Source: Promethearchaeota archaeon
GTDB taxonomy: Archaea; Asgardarchaeota; Lokiarchaeia; Sigyniarchaeales; SOKP01
Assembly (NCBI GenBank): GCA_004524535.1
Contig: SDNY01000029.1
Coordinates: 1 to 36,125, forward strand
Reading direction: 5' to 3'
DNA length: 36,125 bases
Shown here one piece after another: positions 18,132-27,435 of the stretch (the stretch's first letter is position 1; the number at the start of each line of letters is the position of its first letter). The position numbers were made by a program, and so were the translations under genes. The notes under the pieces were generated by a model. It worked only from the letters and a program-made list of their open reading frames with translations. It had not been told where the DNA came from and made no database searches.

Positions 18132-18872
18132 ATTTTAACAGAAAACCAAAAAGAGAGATACTCTCGACAAATAATATCCCCTCTAATTGGTGAGGAGGGG
18201 CAAGAAAAATTATTAAATATTAGCGTATTACAAATTGGAATGGGGGGATTAGGATCTCCATGTTCTTTATATCTTACTGCAGCAGGAATAAAAGAATTGA
18301 CGATTATAGATAACGATGTTTTAGATCTTTCAAATTTACAAAGACAAATTTTATATAACGAGACACAGGTAGGTAGAGATAAAGCTGAAATAACAAAAGA
18401 GGTATTATCCAATCTCAATTCTGAAATTCAAATTAAGACTTATAAGGATTATATAGACGAAAATTCAATTAAAAAGTACTTAAAAGGTCAAGATTTTATA
18501 GTTGATTGCAGCGATAATTTACAAACTAAATTTCTCGTAAATAAAGTTGCGATTGAAAACAATATGAAATGTGTAATTGCTGGAATAAAAGATTTCTATG
18601 GTCAAATAATTACAATTAATCCTAAAAAGAGTGCTTGTTATCAATGTGTTTTTCCAGATCCCGAAAAAGATTCGATAGATCCAAATGCTGGTCCTTTACC
18701 AGTAATAGGTGTTACTCCAGGGATTTTAGGAACATTAGAAGCCTTAGAAGTTATTAAAACAACATTAGGACTTCCAAATTTATATGACAATCTATTAATG
18801 GTAAACTTATTAGATTTAAGTTTTAATAAAATACAAGTTGTTAAAGATGAGAAATGTATTTGCTCTAAATAA
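18132..18872 (+). CDS. ThiF/MoeB/HesA E1-like adenylyltransferase (probable ATT start at 18132; ORF-track start 18240 is internal)
   Basis: The in-frame extension ILTENQKERYSRQIISPLIGEEGQEKL precedes GMGGLG, DNDVLDLSNLQRQ, DCSDN and CYQC. In-frame TAA at 18111, no ATG/GTG/TTG between it and 18240, and a GAGGCG RBS-like motif at 18120-18125. Confidence 0.9.
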   Translation: MLTENQKERYSRQIISPLIGEEGQEKLLNISVLQIGMGGLGSPCSLYLTAAGIKELTIIDNDVLDLSNLQRQILYNETQVGRDKAEITKEVLSNLNSEIQIKTYKDYIDENSIKKYLKGQDFIVDCSDNLQTKFLVNKVAIENNMKCVIAGIKDFYGQIITINPKKSACYQCVFPDPEKDSIDPNAGPLPVIGVTPGILGTLEALEVIKTTLGLPNLYDNLLMVNLLDLSFNKIQVVKDEKCICSK

Positions 18873-18894
18873 ATAAAAAAATAAAATAGAATAA

Positions 18895-19443
18895 TTAATA
18901 TTTTGTATATTCTGGATTTTTTTCAAAAAATTCCTTAAAAGCCTTTCCATTTTTAACATAACCTCCACTAGTTCTAGCTCCAATTAATTGAGGGCTATCA
19001 GGTAATTGTTTCTTAACATCTGCAGGAGTTCCTACTGCTAAACATTTTGGAGGAATCTCTTTATTCACAAGTGTGGCCCCAGCAGCTAATAGAGAGCCTT
19101 CACCTAATTTGGAATTATTCAATACATTAGATCCTATTCCAACTAAGCAACCATCCTCAATCACACATGGACCATGGATCATTGCATGGTGCCCTATTAT
19201 GCAATCTGCTCCAATAATTACAGATTTACCCACTTCTATATGAATAGTGACATTTTCTTGAACGCTTGTATTTCTTCCAATCTTAATTGTACCCCAATCT
19301 CCTCTCATTACAGCTCCAAACCACACATTAACTCCCTCCTCAATTATAACATCCCCAATGATTGTTGCACTTGGAGCTATATATGCATTCTCATGGATCT
19401 GAGGTTTCTTTCCTGTTTGTGGACTAGGCATTATTATCGGCAT
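18895..19443 (-). CDS. Gamma-carbonic-anhydrase-family (YrdA/PaaY-like) hexapeptide protein
   Basis: IAPSATIIGDV, RGD, QENVTIH and IGHHAMIHG with three His metal ligands. Confidence 0.92.
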   Translation of the reverse strand: MPIIMPSPQTGKKPQIHENAYIAPSATIIGDVIIEEGVNVWFGAVMRGDWGTIKIGRNTSVQENVTIHIEVGKSVIIGADCIIGHHAMIHGPCVIEDGCLVGIGSNVLNNSKLGEGSLLAAGATLVNKEIPPKCLAVGTPADVKKQLPDSPQLIGARTSGGYVKNGKAFKEFFEKNPEYTKY

Positions 19444-19669
19444 ATTATTCCTCTAATATTGTGTCATTTTTTAGTTTTTAATTTTTAATTTTTCTCTTAT
19501 TTCTATATGTTTTTGAAACTAACTCTTTTCTCAGGTAAGATATCATTTATCTCTAGTAAGGATATAATATTCAAATTAAAAGTTTAATTCTTAATAAAAA
19601 ATTGGTTTAATTATTTTTAAGAGGATAATATCAGCTTTTTTTATTCTCAATTATTATTATGAAAAGAAT

Positions 19670-21469
19670 CTAAACTAACCTAATAAATACAAATAACAGA
19701 AAAATAATTAAAGGGAAAAAGAATATCAGCATAGCAGGAAGGATATTCTTATATATTTTCCTTAATTTTATCATTAACATTAGTACAATCCAAAAAACAA
19801 GTCCTATCAAAGAAAAGATCAATATTTGACCGATTTCGCCACTAATAGGTAGCCCCGTAAAAGAGAAAGCAGGAATAGGAATAAATATATAAAATATCAT
19901 GAGAGTTAAAGGTCTTAAAAAGATTAGGATCATTGAGTGTTTAGTTTTTAATCCACGTACCAATAAATAGTCCATAAAAAAGGTGCTAATTCCCATTGAA
20001 AGGTATATCATTGTTGAGGTATTAAAAAATGGAATAGGGGCTTTTATCATTTGATATGCATTGAAATTAAAAATTAGAACAAAAAATAGTATAGGCACTA
20101 TAACTATTATTATGCCATATAGAAGTAATTTAAAATTATTTTGATACCAATAATTCCATTCTGATTTCAAATGGGATTTCCATTTTGATTTCCAATCAGA
20201 ATATTCAAAACGTGGCATTAAAAGAAATAGAATTATCGTAGCTATTGGAATTATTAAGGCATATCCAAATAAATAAGATGGATTAAATACAGCAAAAAAG
20301 GGGGCGCCAATAGCGACTGGAATAATATAAATAATTACACGGGAAAACACCATTTTTTTATAACTTTGAATATCTTTCTCGTTTGATATTTTGCTTTGTA
20401 AATTTGAAGTAATTTCGCTTGAAAGATGCCATACTTTTGTTGTTAATAGTAATAAACTAAATCCTAAAAAGAAAATTATTGAAGAGGTTATAATGAGTAA
20501 TTCTGGAATTGAACTATCAGGATATTCAAAATCTTCGAATTTTATATAGGTAATTTCTAAATCTCTATTAGTTATATCAATAGAACTATCAATATAAAAA
20601 TGTTCGAGCCAAATAATCGCATATTTAAAAGATTCATCATCTAGATCGTTTTCTAAATGATTCAAATCGGGCCGAATTTCCAATCCGATATCATTTCGAT
20701 AAGGTCCACTTACTTGCTCATAGAGTTCTTTGCTATCATCTGGGGATATAAGTTCATCATCTTTTCCGTGAATTAAAAGTAAATTTTTTGTATTTAATGT
20801 TGTGCATTCTTCAAGCCCATCTTCAATATCTTCTAAATGCCCCATTCCATACGTGAAACCAAAAAGGTTTTGGAAAGGCATTAATTCAATTAAATGATCT
20901 ATTGAGACCAAAGGGTGATAAAGTACGGAGGCATAAATTCTATCGTCTTTTGCTTGGAGAATTGCTCCTACACCACCTCCATAAGACAATCCTAACAAAG
21001 CTATGTGTCTTGAGTCAGAAAAATCGTAATGTTTTTCTATATAATCAATTATTTTTTCCATATCGCCCGGTTCTTTTCTCAAAAAACTGCAAAACCCTCC
21101 TGATTCTCCATGTCCACGCTGTTCCACAGAAAAAACGGCAAATCCACGCTTTACAAGTTGAAAAATTTTATATCTTTGATCTTCTTTCCGACCATTAATT
21201 CCATGTAGGAATAAAACTGTAGGCACTGAATTATCCTCTTTTTCTTCTAGATCTTTATCAACATATAGTAATCCCTTAATTTCTACATTATCCTTCATTT
21301 TAACAGAGAATTCTTCGAGATAAATATCCTCTTTTTCGAAAAATGCCATTCGTTGAGAATGTATTGAGAACGCAAAAATGATTGACAAGATTGCTAAAAA
21401 AATACTTGATATTATAAGAAGGAAGCTGATAATTAGAAATAATTTTTTTCTCTCCATTGATTTAATCAT
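19670..21469 (-). CDS. Membrane-anchored alpha/beta hydrolase with a C-terminal multi-TM domain
   Basis: FLHG, RGHGESGG, GLSYGG nucleophile, IHGKDD and a downstream His. One N-terminal TM and about 8 C-terminal hydrophobic helices. Confidence 0.85.
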   Translation of the reverse strand: MIKSMERKKLFLIISFLLIISSIFLAILSIIFAFSIHSQRMAFFEKEDIYLEEFSVKMKDNVEIKGLLYVDKDLEEKEDNSVPTVLFLHGINGRKEDQRYKIFQLVKRGFAVFSVEQRGHGESGGFCSFLRKEPGDMEKIIDYIEKHYDFSDSRHIALLGLSYGGGVGAILQAKDDRIYASVLYHPLVSIDHLIELMPFQNLFGFTYGMGHLEDIEDGLEECTTLNTKNLLLIHGKDDELISPDDSKELYEQVSGPYRNDIGLEIRPDLNHLENDLDDESFKYAIIWLEHFYIDSSIDITNRDLEITYIKFEDFEYPDSSIPELLIITSSIIFFLGFSLLLLTTKVWHLSSEITSNLQSKISNEKDIQSYKKMVFSRVIIYIIPVAIGAPFFAVFNPSYLFGYALIIPIATIILFLLMPRFEYSDWKSKWKSHLKSEWNYWYQNNFKLLLYGIIIVIVPILFFVLIFNFNAYQMIKAPIPFFNTSTMIYLSMGISTFFMDYLLVRGLKTKHSMILIFLRPLTLMIFYIFIPIPAFSFTGLPISGEIGQILIFSLIGLVFWIVLMLMIKLRKIYKNILPAMLIFFFPLIIFLLFVFIRLV

Positions 21470-21569
21470 ATAATTGGTTAAATTTTAAGATATTTTTTTA
21501 AAAGGAGATAATTTAATTTCTTTTGAATCTTTTATTAAGATAAAAAGATTAAAAGTAGATACAATAAAA

Positions 21570-22514
21570 TTGAGAGTGAAACAATTACAAGAGGAAATTT
21601 TAGATTTAAAAAAGAATTGCGATGTTACCATTTTAGCTCATTATTATCAAACAATTCAAATTCAACAAATAGCGGATTATTTAGGTGATTCACTAGGTCT
21701 CTCTCAAATTGCGAGAGATAAAGCGAATACAGAATATATTATATTCGCTGGAGTTGATTTTATGGCTGAAACAGCCTCAATTTTAAATCAAGATAAACAT
21801 GTATTAATTCCTAACTATGAATCATGTTGCCCAATGGCAGCTTTTCTCACTCCTGAAATGGTCAAAGATTTTAAAAAGAAAAATCCAGGGTTGCCAGTTG
21901 TTACATATGTAAATTCTACTGCTGCTGTCAAAGCAGAATCTGATATTTGTTGTACTTCCTCCAACTCTGTGAATATCGTCAAGAATATTAGTAAGGATTT
22001 TCATACTGAAACTGTTTTATTTGGACCAGATGCAAACTTAGCAGATTATACAGAACAACTTTCAAAAATAAAAACAATAAAAATGCCAGAAAATGGTCAT
22101 TGTTATGTCCATTCTCAATTATCTATTGAGGATGTTGAAAAAAGGAAGAGAGAATATCCAAATGCTAAATTAATTGTACATCCTGAATGTATTAGAGCCG
22201 TCAGGGAAATAGCAGATTTTATTGGCTCCACAACAAAAATGTATAATTATGTAAAGGATTATAATTCTGATATTAATGAATTCATCATAGGGACCGAAAA
22301 AGGTTTATTAGAAAGATTAGCGGAAGATTTTCCACATAATAAATATTACTTGGCAAGCGATAAAATGATTTGCTATAATATGAAAAAACACAGTTTAGAA
22401 TTAATAAAATATATCCTTGAAAATTTAGATGATAAAAATTATGAAATCAAAGTCCCAAAACAGATTGCTGAAAGAGCATTAAGTCCTATAAATAAGATGC
22501 TCGATTATTCTTAA
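21570..22514 (+). CDS. nadA: Quinolinate synthase A
   Basis: ILAHYYQ, GDSLGLS, FMAETA, CPMA, YVNS, CTSSN, CYVH, HPEC, GST, GTE and C..MK motifs. Confidence 0.97.
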   Translation: MRVKQLQEEILDLKKNCDVTILAHYYQTIQIQQIADYLGDSLGLSQIARDKANTEYIIFAGVDFMAETASILNQDKHVLIPNYESCCPMAAFLTPEMVKDFKKKNPGLPVVTYVNSTAAVKAESDICCTSSNSVNIVKNISKDFHTETVLFGPDANLADYTEQLSKIKTIKMPENGHCYVHSQLSIEDVEKRKREYPNAKLIVHPECIRAVREIADFIGSTTKMYNYVKDYNSDINEFIIGTEKGLLERLAEDFPHNKYYLASDKMICYNMKKHSLELIKYILENLDDKNYEIKVPKQIAERALSPINKMLDYS

Positions 22515-22668
22515 AATAAATTCTTCTCTTTTTTACATCCCCATTTATAATACATAGTTGACTATCGTGTAATCTGATATAAACTTCATTTTAATAACAT
22601 AAATTTTTAAATAAAAGAAAAAGATAATTATTTAAGCTTAATTTCCAAAAAATAAAAATGATTTAATA

Positions 22669-23721
22669 ATGAAAGTATCAAAAGCAATATTATATGGATT
22701 GTTGATTGTCTCATTACTACTACCTTATATTGCGGTTGGACACGCTGCTCAACCTAATTATCTCGGAGTTAATGAAAACCAAGAGTTTATCTATAATACT
22801 GAATTCGATAATGGGCCATTAGAAGATTATTTTGAAGATTGGGGTGTGACCGATCCAGAAACTAGAGATAGATATGCAGATGCTATTTTCGACCAACTCG
22901 AATTTGATGATGATATCGTTAGTTGGAAAGTTTTTGTAGATGATATCAAAGACGACGATGATACAGATTATGACGGAGCTATAGACGATGAAGATGATGT
23001 CGGTTATGTAAAGACAAAAATAAATATCTATGAAAAAGAAGAAGAAGGAGATTGGGAAGATTTAGATAAAAGCGAATCCTTTAAAATTTGGGAAGGTGAA
23101 GAGATCGTCTATTCCGATTATCTATTAGCAAGCTTTGCGGATCAATTGATTCCGTATACAACACCCTCTGGCACACAAACTTTTATACCCGTTCAACTTG
23201 GTATGGGGCTATATTATTATTCTATTACTAAACAATTTACCCCTACAGGTCCAGTTATGCAAGATCCATTTGATTGGGTTGTTTCACCAGAATGGCCAAT
23301 GTTTTTTGCTCCAAAAAATTTAGACTATGATGATGTAGCTGATGATTGTGATGAATGGATCGAAGATAGAGGATATGTATCGGATTATGGAACCAATCTC
23401 GAAGATCGTGTTAGTGTAGGTGCACCTGATGTTAATTATTTTTTCCGAGATAGAGATGTTGGACTTTGGACCAATGTCGAATTAATCGGTGATTTCGAAG
23501 AATTCGATTCTGAAATCAGATTTAATAATGATGGTATTATGTATTATTATGAGTGGACTTACGATGGAGACATTATTGCGAAGTTTGAATTGACGCAATG
23601 GGGATTTAGTGCAGTATATATTACTGAAAATTGGTGGTGGATTGCTCTTATAGCTGGTGCTGTAATTATCGGATTAATTGTCCTTGTTGTTTATATAATA
23701 ATTAGGAAGAAAAGAAAATAA
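22669..23721 (+). CDS. Acidic secreted protein with a C-terminal membrane anchor (hypothetical surface protein)
   Basis: Signal peptide, a very D/E-rich body, and a C-terminal hydrophobic helix followed by RKKRK. Confidence 0.8.
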   Translation: MKVSKAILYGLLIVSLLLPYIAVGHAAQPNYLGVNENQEFIYNTEFDNGPLEDYFEDWGVTDPETRDRYADAIFDQLEFDDDIVSWKVFVDDIKDDDDTDYDGAIDDEDDVGYVKTKINIYEKEEEGDWEDLDKSESFKIWEGEEIVYSDYLLASFADQLIPYTTPSGTQTFIPVQLGMGLYYYSITKQFTPTGPVMQDPFDWVVSPEWPMFFAPKNLDYDDVADDCDEWIEDRGYVSDYGTNLEDRVSVGAPDVNYFFRDRDVGLWTNVELIGDFEEFDSEIRFNNDGIMYYYEWTYDGDIIAKFELTQWGFSAVYITENWWWIALIAGAVIIGLIVLVVYIIIRKKRK

Positions 23722-23798
23722 TCTACTGAGTAATGTAAGGCTATATCAATAAAAATCAAATTTTTTTTTTTATAAATTTTTAAATCTTATTTTAATAA

Positions 23799-24917
23799 TT
23801 AACTTTCATTCTCTATAATAGTGAGAATATTTAAGTTCTCTTCAATCCTTGAGCCCTCTAAAATACTTTCTTGAAGCTTTCGACCTTCAATCGATTTAGG
23901 CAATTTTTTCGATTGAGAAATTATTTCCATTAATTTTTTCCTATCGGTTTCTAAGAAACCCATGTCAATAGCATTTTTTATTATAAGGTTCAAAATTAAT
24001 AGTTCAAATTGTTCTTGAATTGCATTCCATATTAATCCCATCTCTTTTAAGTGTTCGGCTATTTCTTCTGACATTTTATCTAAATCATAAATTTCAGAAT
24101 GGATCCCGGCATCAATATATATTATTTCCTCAATTAATCGATCTTTTATCAAACGCAAAGTTGTTGTTCCTAACAGATCTTCTTCATGGAAAAAAAAGTC
24201 GTCATTTTTACGTTTAATTAAATAAAAACCAAGCTCATTTGTCATTAGCTTAAGTCTCGCCAAATAATTTATAGCTTCTGGTGCTATTTTATAAATTTCA
24301 CAAAATTGATCTAATTTTAATTTATAACCTGAGAATTCTTCAGGTCTTTTTGTATCATTTAATTCATCAAGTCGCCAATATTTTTTTGCAAAAGCACCTT
24401 GTCCGAGAATTGAGTTATAAAAAACATAAAAAAGGGCAAGATAAAGATCTCTATCTTGTTGAATTTCAAAAAAATTATCGCCGATTTTGGAAATAATTCT
24501 TACTATATGAAAAATAAATGATTCTTCTACGCTTATTTCTTTATAGAATGCGATTAAATTTTCAAGCTTTTTAACATTATTTTTAAGTTCATTAATCATA
24601 AATAATTCTTTCTTCAATCTTAAAGGTTCTTCACCAAGCTTTTCAATGCCCCTTTCCGTAATAACATACCCTTGATATTGTTTATTGGATAATTTATCAG
24701 TAATTATTCTCTGTTCAACATAATTATTTTTTCTATGGAAATTTAAATATTTTGAGACTGTAGATCTACTTAAATTAGAATATTTTATTAAATTGGTAAA
24801 TCTTTGTGGACCAAGATTTCTTAGAATAAACAATATTCTTCTGCTATTATCTTCAATACCACTGGCTTTTGTTAATAACTCCCCTTTTAGCTTTTTAGAA
24901 ATATTCCAGCTTTCCAT
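23799..24917 (-). CDS. Winged-helix (ArsR/MarR-like) transcriptional regulator with an unknown C-terminal domain
   Basis: N-terminal ILFIL...RFTNL...LSRSTVSKYL...Y.ITERG winged-HTH pattern. Confidence 0.75.
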   Translation of the reverse strand: MESWNISKKLKGELLTKASGIEDNSRRILFILRNLGPQRFTNLIKYSNLSRSTVSKYLNFHRKNNYVEQRIITDKLSNKQYQGYVITERGIEKLGEEPLRLKKELFMINELKNNVKKLENLIAFYKEISVEESFIFHIVRIISKIGDNFFEIQQDRDLYLALFYVFYNSILGQGAFAKKYWRLDELNDTKRPEEFSGYKLKLDQFCEIYKIAPEAINYLARLKLMTNELGFYLIKRKNDDFFFHEEDLLGTTTLRLIKDRLIEEIIYIDAGIHSEIYDLDKMSEEIAEHLKEMGLIWNAIQEQFELLILNLIIKNAIDMGFLETDRKKLMEIISQSKKLPKSIEGRKLQESILEGSRIEENLNILTIIENES

Positions 24918-25117
24918 AATAGAAATATAATAATATAAATATAAAAAATTATACTTTTTTTCTGGACTAAAACTCTTTTTTTTCTGAAAAACCTTTATAT
25001 TTAAAAAAGTATAGATCCCGACACAAATGGTTTCTCTAATAAATTTAGATAAAAATATTAAAAATAATTAGGATCATAATTATAAAACTACAAAGAATAA
25101 ATTAAATTAATATAAAT

Positions 25118-25306
25118 ATGTCATTAGAAAACCCGAATTTATTAGAAAGGATTAAAAATATTGAAAAAAAGATAAATGAGATAGAAAAAAGACTTTCATC
25201 GTTAGAAAATTTATTGCAACGCCCTCCATTCAGACCTGGCCCCCCGATTCCTCCTGGTCCCACGCCACCTGGACCCCCACCTCCACCTGAACCATTTCGG
25301 TTTTAA
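25118..25306 (+). CDS. Small coiled-coil plus polyproline protein
   Basis: 62 aa. Heptad pattern LLERIKNIEKKINEIEKRLSSLE, then RPPFRPGPPIPPGPTPPGPPPPPEPF. GC-rich Pro codons in an AT-rich background support coding. Confidence 0.75.
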   Translation: MSLENPNLLERIKNIEKKINEIEKRLSSLENLLQRPPFRPGPPIPPGPTPPGPPPPPEPFRF

Positions 25307-25465
25307 AATATCTAACACCATCTTGAAGATCTAATTGAATCCTATAAAAATATAGCTTTAAACTCAAGTATACCCTTTTAGACTAAAATCTTTAATTATT
25401 TTTATTATCTATATATATTTAATAATATATTTTATATCCGAATTTAAAAAAGGAAGTGATTAAAA

Positions 25466-25720
25466 ATTACACAATACAGATTTAGGCTTACTGGAGTCCC
25501 TCCAGACCAGGCTATAAAATTAATTGAGGTAGATCCTAATCAAAATATTGCTGATATTAAAAAATCCGTTCAGAGAGAATATAAGCTGAATCCGATTTTA
25601 GCGATTCAATTTATTTTTAAAGGGAAGGTTTTACCCGATCAATTAAAATTTGCAAAAATTGGTATCCACCCTAAGAAGGACGTAATCACGGTTATGGCTA
25701 CGCAGGCTGGCGGATTCTGA
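25466..25720 (+). CDS. Ubiquitin-like protein (84 aa, C-terminal GG-F), probable ATT start; absent from the ORF track
   Basis: Manual translation: ITQYRFRLTGVPPDQAIKLIEVDPNQNIADIKKSVQREYKLNPILAIQFIFKGKVLPDQLKFAKIGIHPKKDVITVMATQAGGF*. IFKGKVL.D matches ubiquitin IFAGKQL.D. RBS-like GGAAGTGA at 25452-25459 and a poly-T tract downstream. Confidence 0.88.
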   Translation: MTQYRFRLTGVPPDQAIKLIEVDPNQNIADIKKSVQREYKLNPILAIQFIFKGKVLPDQLKFAKIGIHPKKDVITVMATQAGGF

Positions 25721-25762
25721 ATTCTGATGAAGGAAATCTGCGATTAGGTTTTGAGATTATAC

Positions 25763-25788
25763 ATTTTTTCTTTTTTTTTTATTTTTAT
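25763..25788 (+). terminator. Archaeal poly-T terminator-like tract after the ubiquitin-like gene
   Basis: TTTTTTTCTTTTTTTTTTATTTTT about 45 bp after the stop codon. Confidence 0.5.
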
Positions 25789-25883
25789 TAGATTTGCCGA
25801 TGAAATTATTTTGGGATAAGAAATTAAAAATTAAGGGAAGAGCATATATTTAAAATTGTGAATGGCGTTAGTTATTATAGAGT

Positions 25884-27401
25884 ATGGAGGAAAATAAAAA
25901 AGTGAAGCAAGGTTCGCAAAATATGCGGGAATTTACGGTTAACGAGTATCTTACGCTTAAGTTGGAAAAGGATGAGACGATTATCTATGTTGCCGGAGAG
26001 AAATTTGAGCAGTGTAAATTTTTGTTATTAGAGATACGTGTTACTGAGACGGAATTTTTAGATAAGCTTGAATCGATTGATGAAGCGGCTGAGCGGTTAG
26101 ATGCATCTTTGGAACCCAGAGGAGGTCGCAAGAACATTATTCCTCCCGATGTGGAGTTCTGGGGCCATTGTTCAGATTTACAAGTGTGGTACGAGCAGGA
26201 TTATAATACTCGTTTGCTCCACCGCAATTTAGCATTCCCTCTCTTAAAGGCGTTAGCAGATGCGGGGGATCCAAAAGCCAAGCGTAACTTTAAGGAGGAG
26301 ATTGGGAAGCGTTTTTCGAGTAATTTTGGTTCTGTTATAGAGTATTTATTGGAGGAAAATTATTTATTTTATTTGGAACAGGAAGAGCTAGAAGTGTTGA
26401 GTTCACTTTTAAGTAATGAGACAAAAGCACGAGTAGTAAATTTTATTCAAAGGAGATTAGAAAAAATACAGGGTGATGCGAATCAGCGAAATCAAATTTA
26501 TGATCATTTAAGCATATTGTGTAATGAGGAGGACCTAAAACAAATTGAGTATGTGGAGTATGAGGGCACAAAATATTTTGTAATAAATAAACGTTTAGCT
26601 ATACCAAATGTGAAGAAAATTGGGGATATTAAAGGCCTATCATCACTTGTAAATCTAGAAGGGCTTTATTTGACAGGTAAATCGTATTTCAAAGAACATC
26701 AAATCAATAAAATAGAAGGTCTTGAGCATCTTAAAAATTTAAAAGTTCTTGATCTAAGTGTTAATAAAATTTCAGAAATCAATGGACTTGATAATCTTGG
26801 GAAGTTAGAGATTTTGAAATTAGAATCCAACAATATTTCAGAGATTAAAGGTTTAGAAAATCTGAAAAAATTAAAAAAATTGCATTTAAGCAATAATCTG
26901 ATTATAGAATTAAAAGGACTTGAGAATTTAAAGCACTTAGAAAAATTATATTTGGATTCTAACAAAATTACGGAGATTAAAGGTCTTGAAGAACTATCAA
27001 ATCTAAATATGCTTTCTCTTAGCTATAACAATATCAGTGAAATTAAAGGTTTAGAAAATTTGTGCGAATTGGAGCAACTTTATTTGGACAATAATCAAAT
27101 TGAGGAAATTAAAGGCCTCGATTCACTCAAAGATCTAAAACTGTTTTATTTATATAAGAATAAGATAAAAAAAATAGAATGCTTAGAAAATTTAGAGAAT
27201 TTGGAAGATCTTAATCTTGGGTATAATATGATTAGTAAAATCGAGGGCCTGAGCAAACTTAAGAAATTGAAAGGAATAGAATTAGAGTATAATAATATCC
27301 TTGAGATTGAGGGTCTTGAGGGCTTATATAACTTAGAATATCTTGGATTAACAGATGAAGAATACGATGAGGCGGAATTAGGTAGGTTTATATTGAATTA
27401 A
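25884..27401 (+). CDS. Leucine-rich-repeat protein (SDS22-like 22-aa LRRs) with a Loki-type conserved N-terminal domain
   Basis: About 10-11 repeats of LxxLxLxxNxIxxIxGLxxL. N-terminal block QCKFLLL..SIDEAA..EFWGHCS.LQ.W..LLH.NLAFPLLK.L..GD. Confidence 0.92.
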   Translation: MEENKKVKQGSQNMREFTVNEYLTLKLEKDETIIYVAGEKFEQCKFLLLEIRVTETEFLDKLESIDEAAERLDASLEPRGGRKNIIPPDVEFWGHCSDLQVWYEQDYNTRLLHRNLAFPLLKALADAGDPKAKRNFKEEIGKRFSSNFGSVIEYLLEENYLFYLEQEELEVLSSLLSNETKARVVNFIQRRLEKIQGDANQRNQIYDHLSILCNEEDLKQIEYVEYEGTKYFVINKRLAIPNVKKIGDIKGLSSLVNLEGLYLTGKSYFKEHQINKIEGLEHLKNLKVLDLSVNKISEINGLDNLGKLEILKLESNNISEIKGLENLKKLKKLHLSNNLIIELKGLENLKHLEKLYLDSNKITEIKGLEELSNLNMLSLSYNNISEIKGLENLCELEQLYLDNNQIEEIKGLDSLKDLKLFYLYKNKIKKIECLENLENLEDLNLGYNMISKIEGLSKLKKLKGIELEYNNILEIEGLEGLYNLEYLGLTDEEYDEAELGRFILN

Positions 27402-27435
27402 TCTAATTCTCAAACCAATGATTTATGAATGGCAG

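Noticed and set aside
17403-18418. Minus-strand ORFs 17403-17726 and 18128-18418
   Set aside because: They are antisense to rpl37e and the E1-like gene, both of which have strong motifs.
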